From assembly GCA_025455485.1 (NCBI GenBank), contig JALOMJ010000001.1, positions 44,746-108,745 of the forward strand: a DNA stretch of 64,000 bases. Reading direction: 5' to 3'. The notes beneath the pieces were generated by a model. That model saw nothing but the letters and a program-made list of their open reading frames with translations, was not told where the DNA came from and did not search any database. The DNA is from Bacteroidia bacterium. Its GTDB lineage: Bacteria; Bacteroidota; Bacteroidia; B-17B0; Aurantibacillaceae. A program made the position numbers and the translations under genes. Shown here piece after piece: positions 9,816 to 19,435 of the stretch (position 1 is its first letter; the number at the start of each line of letters is the position of its first letter).

Positions 9816-10463
9816 ATGAAAAAAACAATTAAACAACTCGCCTTTGTGGCTCTAACCTCAGGTTTACTTGCGGTGTCTTGCAAAAAAGATGAAAAAACCA
9901 ACCCGCCTTCACCGGCACCACCTCCACCGGCCAATGAGGAAGAATTAATTACCACATTTAAATTGTACCTAAGCGACGGTAATGACACAACTGTTTATAT
10001 GTTCAAAGACCCGGATGGGGAAGGCGGTATTCCGGCATTCTACGGACCGGGTACAACAACGGCCTCCACGCAAAGTGATTCGGTAATTGTGTTAAAACCC
10101 AACACGTCGTATACTGCAACACTGTTGTTTTTAGACGAAAGCAAAACTGTTACTGACACCATTTCGCATGAAATTGAAGAAGAAGCCGATGAACACATGG
10201 TGTTTTTTAATCAAAGTAATCCTTCGGCTCTCCCAAATGCATCTGTAACCATTTCAGGAACGAACCTTGGTATAACGTATTTAGACAATGACGGGTCTAC
10301 TCCTCCACTGCCACTTGGTTTGATTTCACAATGGCAAACAGGAAATGTAACAGGAAAAGCGCCGCTTACCATTGCTTTAAAACATCAGCCCGGATCAAAA
10401 AACGGAACCTATGCTCCGGGAGACACCGACATTTCAGTACTATTTAAGGTATTGATTAACTAA
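9816..10463 (+). CDS. Lipoprotein of the EEELITT family associated with metal TonB receptors
   Basis: Lipobox LAVSC followed by KKDE, Pro-rich linker, and motifs NEEELITT, DPDGEGG, EIEEEADEH, LKHQP, GDTD. Confidence 0.75.
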   Translation: MKKTIKQLAFVALTSGLLAVSCKKDEKTNPPSPAPPPPANEEELITTFKLYLSDGNDTTVYMFKDPDGEGGIPAFYGPGTTTASTQSDSVIVLKPNTSYTATLLFLDESKTVTDTISHEIEEEADEHMVFFNQSNPSALPNASVTISGTNLGITYLDNDGSTPPLPLGLISQWQTGNVTGKAPLTIALKHQPGSKNGTYAPGDTDISVLFKVLIN

Positions 10464-10504
10464 ACACTCACAAATGAAAAACAGATAAGGTGAATGGTTT
10501 TACC

Positions 10505-11464
10505 TTATCTGTTTTTTATAATCATCCAGTTTTCAAGATCAGATTGACTAAGTTCATAATAATCCACTTTTTTTATCACAATAGAATTATCGAGATAATA
10601 GATGCGTGGCAATTGCGCAGAAGCCAGATGTACAAAGGTTTTGCCGAGACAAAAACTGTAGGGAATGTTCTCGGCTTTTGTGTCTTTAAGAAATTCCGAA
10701 AGTTTCTCTTTGCCTCCGTTAAGCACAAAATAAATGGAAAGCTCTGGATTACTGCGTTTAATTAGCCGGAATTTTTTTGCAGCAATGCGGCAATGCGGAC
10801 AAGACAGACTTAAAAACGCCAGCACGTGCTTTCCCTCTCTTAATTCAATTTTTGGAACTTCTACTTTTGAAGTGTCTTCAGGATGATAAAGCAGATTTAA
10901 TTCAAGAGGGTAATTAATTTTCTCTTGTAGATTATTAGAAGAATAGGTGTAATCGATAGGATTCACCACAAACGGCAATGCCACACAAGATAATCCTGAA
11001 AGTGACAAGAGCAATGCATTGTATTTAATTTGCCATCCAGCATAAAACTTATATACATAGGCTATGAGAACAAGCATCACCAGATTTTTTATGATAGCCT
11101 GCAAGGGTGACATTTTTATGTGTTCGCCAAAACAACCGCAATTCCCCTCGTTCCCACTTACAGCAATTTGAACAGAAAGATAAATTATAAAAAATAACAG
11201 AACCCCTGCAGCAAGGGGCAAACTAAAGGCTTTCAATTTATAATTGCTGATGAGAAGGCCCCCAATAAAAAATTCAAGTCCTATCATTAGCCGGGCCTCA
11301 ATGGGTGCCGTGTACCAATTACCAATACCAATTTCTACAAAACTAAACTCAAATGTTTCAATTACCGGATACAATTTGGTATAGGCGGAATATAAAAACA
11401 CCAAACCAAGTAGGATGGAAAAAAGTATAGCTGTTAATTTTAGAAAGGTTTTCAAAGAACTCAA
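10505..11464 (-). CDS. MauE/DoxX-family membrane protein (BT_3928-like) fused to a thioredoxin-like domain
   Basis: N-terminal TM helices with NCGCFG; C-terminal soluble domain with SLSCPHC. Confidence 0.78.
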   Translation of the reverse strand: MSSLKTFLKLTAILFSILLGLVFLYSAYTKLYPVIETFEFSFVEIGIGNWYTAPIEARLMIGLEFFIGGLLISNYKLKAFSLPLAAGVLLFFIIYLSVQIAVSGNEGNCGCFGEHIKMSPLQAIIKNLVMLVLIAYVYKFYAGWQIKYNALLLSLSGLSCVALPFVVNPIDYTYSSNNLQEKINYPLELNLLYHPEDTSKVEVPKIELREGKHVLAFLSLSCPHCRIAAKKFRLIKRSNPELSIYFVLNGGKEKLSEFLKDTKAENIPYSFCLGKTFVHLASAQLPRIYYLDNSIVIKKVDYYELSQSDLENWMIIKNR

Positions 11465-11502
11465 AACTATTAAAATCTTTTATACGAGGGGCCGTCAGAA
11501 AC

Positions 11503-11534
11503 AAAAAATCCCCTCATTCTGGGAGGGGATTTTT
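11503..11534 (-). terminator. Intrinsic terminator after dnaK
   Basis: AAAAAATCCCCTC-ATTCTGG-GAGGGGATTTTT inverted repeat with A/T tails. Confidence 0.8.
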
Positions 11535-11551
11535 AATATTAAGAATTTTAT

Positions 11552-13462
11552 TTATTTCACTTCTTCAAAATCAACATCAGTTACATTCTCGGTGTTTGCC
11601 TGACCGTTGTTTTGCTGAGCATTAGAGCCTGTATTGCCCGCTCCAGCATCAGGTTGACCCTGTGTGGCCTTGTACATATCTTCGCTGGCAGCAGACCATG
11701 CTGCGTTAATGGCGGTAAGGGCTGTAGCCACCTTTTCGAAGTTCTTAGCGGCATGCGCTGCTTTAAGTTCAGTTAAGGCACTTTCAATAGCCGTTTTCTT
11801 TTCTGCAGGAATTTTATCGCCGTATTCTTTCAATTGTTTCTCTGATTGAAAAACCATGGCATCTGCTTCATTCAGTTTCTCAACTTCCTCTTTGGCTTTT
11901 TTATCAGCTTCTGCGTTCATTTCAGCTTCGCGCTTCATGCGGTCAATTTCTTCCTGACTCAATCCGCTTTTCGCTTCAATGCGTATGTTGTGTGATTTGT
12001 TTGTGGCTTTATCTTTCGCACTTACGTTCAATATACCATTGGCATCTATGTCAAACGTTACTTCAATTTGAGGTACGCCTCTTTGTGCCGGTGGGATACC
12101 ATCCAGGTTGAACTCGCCAAGCTTGCGGTTGTCGCGGGCCATCGGACGCTCTCCTTGATAAACAACTATCTGAACAGAAGGTTGGTTATCTGCGGCTGTA
12201 CTAAAATCCTGAGATTTTTTGGTTGGAATGGTGGTATTTGATTCAATCAGCTTTGTAAATACACCGCCCATTGTTTCGATACCCAAAGAAAGTGGTGTTA
12301 CGTCGAGCAACAACACATCTTTTACTTCACCGGTTAACACACCACCTTGAATTGCTGCTCCTAAGGCAACCACTTCGTCGGGATTTACACTTTTGTTTGG
12401 GGCCTTTCCGAAGAATTTTTCAACCGCAGCCTGAATAGCAGGAATACGGGTAGACCCTCCAACAAGAATAATTTCGTTGATATCGCTTGGGTTCAAACCT
12501 GCATTTTTAAGTGCTGAACGGCAAGGTTCAATGGTGCGTTGAATTAAGCTATCGGCCAAGGCTTCAAATTTTGCGCGGGTAAGGCTTTTCACCAGGTGTT
12601 TCGGCATACCATTCACCGGCATAATGTAAGGCAGGTTAATTTCCGTGGTGGTGGAATTCGATAACTCAATTTTCGCCTTTTCCGCAGCTTCTTTCAAACG
12701 CTGAAGGGCCATTGGATCCTGGCGCAAATCAAGACCTTCGTCTTTTTTAAACTCATCAGCCAACCAGTCAATAATCACCTGATCAAAATCGTCGCCTCCC
12801 AAGTGCGTATCACCATCGGTACTTTTCACCTCAAATACGCCATCCCCAAGTTCAAGAACTGAAACGTCGTGCGTACCGCCACCGCAGTCGAACACCACAA
12901 TTTTCATTTCCTTGTTCTTTTTATCCATACCGTAAGCCAAAGCAGCAGCAGTAGGTTCGTTGATGATTCGTTTCACTTTTAATCCGGCCACTTCTCCGGC
13001 CTCTTTTGTGGCCTGACGCTGTGCGTCGTTAAAATATGCCGGAACGGTAATTACCGCTTCCGTAACTTCTGTACCAAGATAATCTTCGGCAGTTTTCTTC
13101 ATTTTTTGAAGAATGATGGCTGAAATTTCCTGAGGAGTGTATTTCCTGTCGTCGATTTGAACTCTAGGTGTATTGTTATCTCCTTTTACCACTTGATAGG
13201 GCACACGAGAAATTTCTGATGTTACCTCATCGTAAGTATGACCCATAAATCGCTTTATGGAGTACACGGTCTTTTTTGGGTTGGTAATGGCCTGGCGCTT
13301 GGCCGGGTCGCCAACTTTTCTTTCGCCGCCTTCTACAAACGCTACAACGGATGGGGTAGTTCTTTTGCCTTCATTATTGGCAATCACAACCGGTTCGTTG
13401 CCTTCCATTACAGAAACACAGCTGTTTGTGGTTCCTAAATCTATTCCTATTATTTTTCCCAT
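11552..13462 (-). CDS. dnaK: Molecular chaperone DnaK (Hsp70)
   Basis: Motifs [45 protein letters not shown]; C-terminal DVDFEEVK. Start set at ATG 13462. Confidence 0.99.
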   Translation of the reverse strand: MGKIIGIDLGTTNSCVSVMEGNEPVVIANNEGKRTTPSVVAFVEGGERKVGDPAKRQAITNPKKTVYSIKRFMGHTYDEVTSEISRVPYQVVKGDNNTPRVQIDDRKYTPQEISAIILQKMKKTAEDYLGTEVTEAVITVPAYFNDAQRQATKEAGEVAGLKVKRIINEPTAAALAYGMDKKNKEMKIVVFDCGGGTHDVSVLELGDGVFEVKSTDGDTHLGGDDFDQVIIDWLADEFKKDEGLDLRQDPMALQRLKEAAEKAKIELSNSTTTEINLPYIMPVNGMPKHLVKSLTRAKFEALADSLIQRTIEPCRSALKNAGLNPSDINEIILVGGSTRIPAIQAAVEKFFGKAPNKSVNPDEVVALGAAIQGGVLTGEVKDVLLLDVTPLSLGIETMGGVFTKLIESNTTIPTKKSQDFSTAADNQPSVQIVVYQGERPMARDNRKLGEFNLDGIPPAQRGVPQIEVTFDIDANGILNVSAKDKATNKSHNIRIEAKSGLSQEEIDRMKREAEMNAEADKKAKEEVEKLNEADAMVFQSEKQLKEYGDKIPAEKKTAIESALTELKAAHAAKNFEKVATALTAINAAWSAASEDMYKATQGQPDAGAGNTGSNAQQNNGQANTENVTDVDFEEVK

Positions 13463-13523
13463 TTTAATATGTTTTACTCTCAATTCTCAATTTATATGCC
13501 AAATGGACTTTATCAAGCAATCC

Positions 13524-13536
13524 TGACATCCTGTCA
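13524..13536. promoter_or_regulatory. TGACA-N3-TGTCA palindrome upstream of dnaK (candidate operator)
   Basis: TGACATCCTGTCA lies about 60 nt upstream of the dnaK ATG. Confidence 0.45.
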
Positions 13537-13607
13537 CTGCCTAAAGTAGTATATTGGATAAACTGTCGGAATTTGGGCCCTGAAACCCATGTGTTTGTCA
13601 GGTCATT

Positions 13608-14690
13608 TTATTGGCAACCGGGCAAAGCCAAAGCGGCATTGTAAAAATTATACTGGCAGGTGCTTGGATTGGTGGCAAAGCCTGAAATAAAAGGATTGGC
13701 AATGTTTTTTTGTACGTTAACGGAGTACCTGAACGTAAAAATGCCAATGGCTTTATTTTCTTTGAAATTACTATAAATGGGTTTGGTTTGATTGATGCTG
13801 AAGGAAGGTTTGGAGTATTCCAGGTAATCGAGATACTCCTGGGTGGAGGCGTAAACAAAATACTGAATTTTATACATTTTTCTGGCCAGAAAGAAGTTGG
13901 GGTCTTGTCTGCGACCAAGTTCAGAACCAACGGCATTAAAAACGTCTTGCCCTGTAAAGGTATAATTGATGAATTTAATACCTCCTACAGTGGAAACATC
14001 TGCATTGGTAAGGTTGTTGAAAGGGTAGTCAACATAATTGTAATTGTTAACGCCATTGCCAAGTGAGTCGTAATAATGCAACCGCATGGTCATGCTATAA
14101 ATTTTTGGCCCCTGATCACTTAAGTTTGGTGTAAATTTAACGCTATACTTGATGTTCAAACCACTATAATCGATGTAATTGTCGGTGCCGGGATTGCTGC
14201 CGGGGGGTACAGGGTAATACAAAGGGACGAATGGATTATAACCGTAAACATTTGGCGGGCTCAAAGCATTTGTAACAGAGCTGAAGGTATTGCCGGTTTT
14301 TAAATTTTCTATGGTGAGGGTATAGGCTCCATTGGTAAGAAGTGTTTCGTGATTTACGTAAACCCTCTGTGTGGTGCTAAAAGCTCCGGGCTCTGTCTGA
14401 AGTATTGAATCTTTAAAGAGATACACCTTGCTAGATGAATGGATTAAGGTCACTTTCAACTCCCCTTCGGGATAATTCACAGAATCGGCCACCTGAGCCA
14501 TAAGATTAGCATCGCCCTCTCCCAAAAAAATCTTGTTGATACGAATGATGTGGTTGTTACTTGAAACATCCAACACGGCATATACGCTTGGGATCTCACG
14601 GTAAGGTGCATTAAGTTCAAGTTTTTCTTTACATGACACTAAACACAGTAAACTTATGACTAATACAACTATACTTTTGAAGATTTTCAT
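13608..14690 (-). CDS. Lipoprotein of unknown function (DUF4249-like)
   Basis: Lipobox CLVSC-KE; N-terminal VYAVLD...IRINKIFLGEG; C-terminal KPIYSN...IGIF. Confidence 0.65.
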   Translation of the reverse strand: MKIFKSIVVLVISLLCLVSCKEKLELNAPYREIPSVYAVLDVSSNNHIIRINKIFLGEGDANLMAQVADSVNYPEGELKVTLIHSSSKVYLFKDSILQTEPGAFSTTQRVYVNHETLLTNGAYTLTIENLKTGNTFSSVTNALSPPNVYGYNPFVPLYYPVPPGSNPGTDNYIDYSGLNIKYSVKFTPNLSDQGPKIYSMTMRLHYYDSLGNGVNNYNYVDYPFNNLTNADVSTVGGIKFINYTFTGQDVFNAVGSELGRRQDPNFFLARKMYKIQYFVYASTQEYLDYLEYSKPSFSINQTKPIYSNFKENKAIGIFTFRYSVNVQKNIANPFISGFATNPSTCQYNFYNAALALPGCQ

Positions 14691-14700
14691 TACGATTCGT

Positions 14701-14708
14701 CAAAGATA
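14701..14708 (-). promoter_or_regulatory. -7 promoter element for the lipoprotein gene
   Basis: TATCTTTG on the minus strand, 10 nt before the ATG at 14690. Confidence 0.6.
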
Positions 14709-14716
14709 GGCTAATT

Positions 14717-16102
14717 TCATGGTATGAATAAGGCTTTTATTTGAAGGTGCATTTCCTTGTATAAATTACCAAATCCGGGGTACAAATGGTTATAAAAGCT
14801 ACGCTCATGAAACACCGAAATGAAATTACCCCCTGATTTCTTAATTTCCTTTGCCATTTCCGCAACTTCGGTCAAAACATCTTGTTTATTTTTTTTGTTG
14901 TGTATGGCATAGGCTCCATCCATTATACAAAATGGCATAAACACCAAGACTTCTTGTTTTTCATTGAAAAAATTAAAATAATGAAATGGATACGCTGTTC
15001 CGGCTCTAAATCCCGGCTCGTCAGAAAATCCCATACTAAAATCAACGTGAATGCCCGCCCGTATTAAGCGCATTGGTGTAGTTCGAATATCAAATATCAG
15101 ATAGTGTTGCCGTGAAATATTTACTTTTTGTCCCAGATCATTTTCAAGAAAATTCAATTCTTTTTCAAGTTGATTCTTCCTATTGCTATAATAGGATGGG
15201 TGGAGTCCGATTGAAAGTGAAAACTTTTTTAATCTGCTAAAAACCGACAAAAATTCAGAGCTGCCGGGTCGTATGCCTCTATCGTAGCGTGTGCCATTTC
15301 GGTACAAAAAAAATAATATTAAAGGAATGCCTTCGTTTTCGCAGAATGCCGGAACCTCGTCGTACACATCAAATGGGTCTTTTTGTAAACCGCTCAATAC
15401 ATTTAGCCGTGTTTGCAGATTTTTAAAATCTCCTCTTAAAATGTCCTTTGTGCCGGCGGCAAGTGTTTTCCAGAGCGGCCTACCCTTAAAAGCAAATAAA
15501 TTATCAATATCCAAAGTACTAATGATTCGGGCATTATGTTTTGGCCATAGTACATCGGGAAACACACGTCTCAGCCTTTCTTTCAGTTCAAGAATGCTCA
15601 AATCCACAATTGGGCTTTTATTTACGTTGTGTTTATAAAATATACTATGTTTCAAACCAAATCTGCCGTGCTCATCTTTTTCATAGGTTTGCCACTCTTC
15701 GTATCGCGAAATAAAATAAAACACCATTGAAAAAACATCGTATTCAAGGGTGGCAGGCGTTGGTAAATCAGACGTTATAAAAGCATGATACCCCTCATCA
15801 GTTTTTTTAAGTTCTGGTTTGCTTTCATTAATTCCAATCTCAAATAAAAGACCGTGTGGTAGTATCTGTAAACTGTTGTTTAGTGTGAGTTCGTGTTCGG
15901 AGTAATTGACTTTAGGGCCTGAGTATAGCTGAAATTCGTTGACAGAATCTGAAATCCGGAAACGGGACGATAACACTGTATTGAATATAAATCTGCAGGT
16001 ATAATCCAATCGGGGGGATTGACGTGTCGAAAAGATTAAACATTCCGGTGATTGCGCATCGGGCCCGGAAAGGAAGGTATCAAAGTGTGGATTAGTAAAC
16101 AC
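14717..16102 (-). CDS. Polysaccharide deacetylase-like protein (DUF7033 family)
   Basis: Motifs FYFISRYEE, D.HGRF, STLDID, GLHPSY, SRQHYL, DFSMGF..PGFRAGT, MDG, FH. Confidence 0.8.
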   Translation of the reverse strand: MFTNPHFDTFLSGPDAQSPECLIFSTRQSPRLDYTCRFIFNTVLSSRFRISDSVNEFQLYSGPKVNYSEHELTLNNSLQILPHGLLFEIGINESKPELKKTDEGYHAFITSDLPTPATLEYDVFSMVFYFISRYEEWQTYEKDEHGRFGLKHSIFYKHNVNKSPIVDLSILELKERLRRVFPDVLWPKHNARIISTLDIDNLFAFKGRPLWKTLAAGTKDILRGDFKNLQTRLNVLSGLQKDPFDVYDEVPAFCENEGIPLILFFLYRNGTRYDRGIRPGSSEFLSVFSRLKKFSLSIGLHPSYYSNRKNQLEKELNFLENDLGQKVNISRQHYLIFDIRTTPMRLIRAGIHVDFSMGFSDEPGFRAGTAYPFHYFNFFNEKQEVLVFMPFCIMDGAYAIHNKKNKQDVLTEVAEMAKEIKKSGGNFISVFHERSFYNHLYPGFGNLYKEMHLQIKALFIP

Positions 16103-16153
16103 GTTAGCAGGATATTAGGCCTGAGCTATTAATTACCATTTTTTAAGCGTGTA

Positions 16154-17500
16154 TTAAAGTTCGCTCATCTTAACATAATACAGGTTGCATTTGGGCTTTA
16201 GATCCAATTTATTTAAGCCGTGAAAAACAACCCTGTTTTGGTATTGGTCTCTGAACACTACTTTACTGATGTCGGGATCAGCCACGACAAGATTAAATCC
16301 ATAATTTTTTCGATCGCCGTTCATCACCAACTGAACAAAGCGGGCGATATCAAACACATAGCGTTTTTTTTCTGAATCGTATTTTCCGTTGTAACGGCTC
16401 AGGTTAGATACGTTGTAGCTGTGGCTTCCTAAACTTTCCTTTCCGTTCTGGTCTAAGGGTATGAGTGTTAAGATGGGCGGGGCTTCATATTTTCCGGTGG
16501 CAGGCAAAAATGATTCATCAATATTAAATATAACTTCAGCCCGGTTCACTGAAACAAAAAAGGAATCAGGGCTTGCCTTTAATCCGGGTATCTGAACTTT
16601 GACAATCGTTGCGCCTAAGCCTTTGAGAAACGTGTTTTGTTTCCCCAATGCAGTGTCACCTTTAATTTGTTGGGTTAGTAAATAATTACCGCCTTCATTT
16701 GCTTTGTAATCTACAGTATTAAATCTCACCGAAGCGTCGCCTGTAAATGTAAATCGGAAACTTTCTTCGGTTGCACCCGGTGTGGCTTTGTATCTTAGGT
16801 ACAAACCGCTCAGAGCTGTGCTGAGGTCGAATAAGGTTACGATGCCCTGGGCACTTACCGGATTGAGTTGCGTGCTCTGACAGCTTATATAAAATCCTTT
16901 GTATTTGGCTTGAAACTTAGTATTATCGACTAAAGCCGCGGTATCTCTCATTAGTTTGCCGGCAAAAACTGTGTCTACAGGGATGCGCAAAACCACTTTT
17001 CCTTCAATGGTGCTGTAAGAGCCGGTGTAGGCTGCTACAACCGAATTTGTATTATGCAAACCAGTATTATTGCTCAAATAAACACGGTTAACAGAAAGGG
17101 ATGAATCCAAAGCATATACCGAATAATTGATGATGGTGGATGCATCGCCTGTATATTCAAGACCACTGGCCTCTAATATAATTTCAGCAGAAGTGATTTG
17201 TGCCTGCGTGCCAAATTTAAGATTACTTACCGGCAAATTGGCGTTTAAATAAAGCCCCACATCGGTTCGGCCGAATGCGGGATCCTGATTACTGCCCAGA
17301 TATTTTAAACTTGAGTTGAAAGAGAAAATCGAATCGTTGTACACTGTGTACATGCTAACCGGTTGCACTTCTGTAACATTGGCCTGCAGCTGATCGTATT
17401 CCGGCTGAACCTCCAGACCCAAAGGATTGCTTGTTTTTTTGCATGCCGTAACAAGAAAGAGAAGACAAACGGAAATAAGTATATGGTGTTTTGATTTCAT
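16154..17500 (-). CDS. DUF4270 family lipoprotein
   Basis: Lipobox LVTAC-KK; motifs YLGSNQDPAFGRT, KYKGFYI, VNRAEV. Conserved position downstream of the glycogen-synthase-like gene. Confidence 0.78.
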   Translation of the reverse strand: MKSKHHILISVCLLFLVTACKKTSNPLGLEVQPEYDQLQANVTEVQPVSMYTVYNDSIFSFNSSLKYLGSNQDPAFGRTDVGLYLNANLPVSNLKFGTQAQITSAEIILEASGLEYTGDASTIINYSVYALDSSLSVNRVYLSNNTGLHNTNSVVAAYTGSYSTIEGKVVLRIPVDTVFAGKLMRDTAALVDNTKFQAKYKGFYISCQSTQLNPVSAQGIVTLFDLSTALSGLYLRYKATPGATEESFRFTFTGDASVRFNTVDYKANEGGNYLLTQQIKGDTALGKQNTFLKGLGATIVKVQIPGLKASPDSFFVSVNRAEVIFNIDESFLPATGKYEAPPILTLIPLDQNGKESLGSHSYNVSNLSRYNGKYDSEKKRYVFDIARFVQLVMNGDRKNYGFNLVVADPDISKVVFRDQYQNRVVFHGLNKLDLKPKCNLYYVKMSEL

Positions 17501-17568
17501 TTTAACCCGGCACGTAAAAGTAGCAATTCAAATTAAAGACGCATTTATAAAACAAGCATTAACTTCAT

Positions 17569-17592
17569 AAAAAACCCCGGCTAACCGGGGTT
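17569..17592 (-). terminator. Intrinsic terminator after the glycogen-synthase-like gene
   Basis: AACCCCGG-CTAA-CCGGGGTT stem with an A-run on the plus strand (U-tract on the minus strand). Confidence 0.75.
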
Positions 17593-17618
17593 CCTCATAT
17601 TAACTAACGCGTGGTAGT

Positions 17619-18449
17619 TTAGCTTAGTATGTTTGCTTCTTCTAAAATTTCATCGTAAAACTCATTGAAGGCATCAATGTATTCCAGTTCATTTTTGTAT
17701 CCTAAAAAGGCTTTACCGGATTTTTTAATGCATTTTTCAATTTCAGGATTTAATTTTTCAGTGGCTTGAATGATCCCATCGGCGTATTCGATGGATTGTT
17801 TGAGCATGTTTAAACAACTCGATTCCTCGGAAAGAAGTTTAATGTCTTTTTTGTTAAAGCCGTCAAAACAAAGTTTATCGATAAATTTTTTACTCAGTGC
17901 TTTCGGATACTCATCTTCATAAAGTGAAATAACCACTTTGGTATCGGCAAACAAAGGATCTTCCTGATAATACTTTTTAATGTACAAAGGCATTAAGGAA
18001 GAAAACCAGCCATGACAATGGATAATATCGGGCTGCCAGCCAAGTTTTTTAACAGTTTCAGCAACGCCCCTTACAAAAAACATAGCGCGTTCATCGTTAT
18101 CTTCGAAAAATTTGCCGCTGTTTTTGTCAGACAGGGTGGCTTTTCTCGAAAAATACTCCTCGTTATCAATAAAATACACCTGCATACGGGCTGTTGGTAT
18201 GCTGGCTACCTTAATAATGAGTGGATGGTCTACATCATTGATTACTAAATTCATGCCGGAAAGTCGAATCACCTCATGCAACTGGTGCCTTCTTTCGTTT
18301 ATGCAGCCGTACTTGGGCATAAATGTGCGGATTTCTTTGCCGCGTTCCTGAATTCCCTGAGGTAGTTTTCTTGCTACTTTACCAATTTGTGTTTCGTCTA
18401 AATACGGGGTGATGTCTTGAGAAACAAAAAGGACCCTTGCTTTCTTCAT
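17619..18449 (-). CDS. Glycogen/starch synthase catalytic-domain protein (GT5, short Bacteroidota form)
   Basis: Motifs RTFMPKYGCINERRHQLHEVIRLSGMN, YFIDNEEYF, PDIIHCHGW. Confidence 0.88.
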   Translation of the reverse strand: MKKARVLFVSQDITPYLDETQIGKVARKLPQGIQERGKEIRTFMPKYGCINERRHQLHEVIRLSGMNLVINDVDHPLIIKVASIPTARMQVYFIDNEEYFSRKATLSDKNSGKFFEDNDERAMFFVRGVAETVKKLGWQPDIIHCHGWFSSLMPLYIKKYYQEDPLFADTKVVISLYEDEYPKALSKKFIDKLCFDGFNKKDIKLLSEESSCLNMLKQSIEYADGIIQATEKLNPEIEKCIKKSGKAFLGYKNELEYIDAFNEFYDEILEEANILS

Positions 18450-18479
18450 AGAGATAATACTCCTTTTTTAATGAGTACA

Positions 18480-18487
18480 CAAAAGTA
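18480..18487 (-). promoter_or_regulatory. -7 promoter element for the glycogen-synthase-like gene
   Basis: TACTTTTG on the minus strand. Confidence 0.55.
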
Positions 18488-18539
18488 AGGAAATTTTCTG
18501 CGAATTTCAAAGTAAATAGTAGCTTTATAACCATTTCTG

Positions 18540-19391
18540 ATGCAAATTTTCACAACACGCAAGGCCTTAAGGGATTATCTGAATTCACTCGAAAACAAAC
18601 ACTTAAGTCTTGGTTTTGTACCCACCATGGGCGCCTTGCATGCGGGTCACATATCCTTACTCGAACAGGCCAGAAAGCAGTGCGATTTAACTGTTTGCAG
18701 CATTTTTGTTAACCCGAGGCAATTTAACGACCCTGAAGACCTGAAACGCTACCCAAGAACACCCGAGAAAGACATTGCCATGCTCAGTCAATCGGGCTGC
18801 GATGTTCTGTTTTTACCTGATGTGGACGAAATTTACCCTGAATTGGCCACAGAATCTTACAGTTTTGGACTTTTGGACAAAATCCTGGAAGCCGCCCATC
18901 GTCCGGGTCATTTTAATGGTGTGGCTCAGGTGCTGAGCCGGTTTTTTACCATTTTGCAAGCAAACAAGGCTTTTTTTGGTGAAAAAGATTACCAGCAATT
19001 GCTCGTGGTGAAGGCGCTAATAAGGCAAATGGGCATTAAAACACAAGTTGTGCCCTGCCCGATTGTAAGAGAAACTGATGGATTGGCCATGAGTTCAAGA
19101 AATGCCTTATTGAGCTCTGAAGAAAGGGCTTTGGCCGCCCACATCCCCATGTGGATGAAAAGCGCAAGCGAACTGGCCTCTTCAGAAACGATAGAGGACA
19201 TAAAAATCTGGGTAAAACAAAAAACAGAACAACACCCGAAAATAAAACTTGACTATTTCGAAATTTGTGACCCAAACACTTTGGAACCCTTTTCAGGTCG
19301 CTTGAATGAACGTAAGGCTATTGCCCTGATTGCACTTTACACCGGCAAAATTCGGCTTATTGATAATATTCCAGTCCTTTCTAAAGCTTAA
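18540..19391 (+). CDS. panC: Pantoate--beta-alanine ligase
   Basis: Motifs GFVPTMGALHAGH, SIFVNP, RPGHFNGV, FGEKDYQQ, GLAMSSRN, RLIDN. Confidence 0.97.
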   Translation: MQIFTTRKALRDYLNSLENKHLSLGFVPTMGALHAGHISLLEQARKQCDLTVCSIFVNPRQFNDPEDLKRYPRTPEKDIAMLSQSGCDVLFLPDVDEIYPELATESYSFGLLDKILEAAHRPGHFNGVAQVLSRFFTILQANKAFFGEKDYQQLLVVKALIRQMGIKTQVVPCPIVRETDGLAMSSRNALLSSEERALAAHIPMWMKSASELASSETIEDIKIWVKQKTEQHPKIKLDYFEICDPNTLEPFSGRLNERKAIALIALYTGKIRLIDNIPVLSKA

Positions 19392-19396
19392 AAGTT

Positions 19397-19404
19397 TAAT
19401 TTTG
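19397..19404 (+). promoter_or_regulatory. -7 promoter element for glyQS
   Basis: TAATTTTG matches TAnnTTTG. Confidence 0.6.
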
Positions 19405-19435
19405 CTCTCCAAAAAAATCAGAAGACATCCTGCTC

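Noticed and set aside
17619-18449. Truncated glycogen synthase as a pseudogene
   Set aside because: The single-domain form next to DUF4270 and panC is the normal Bacteroidota arrangement.
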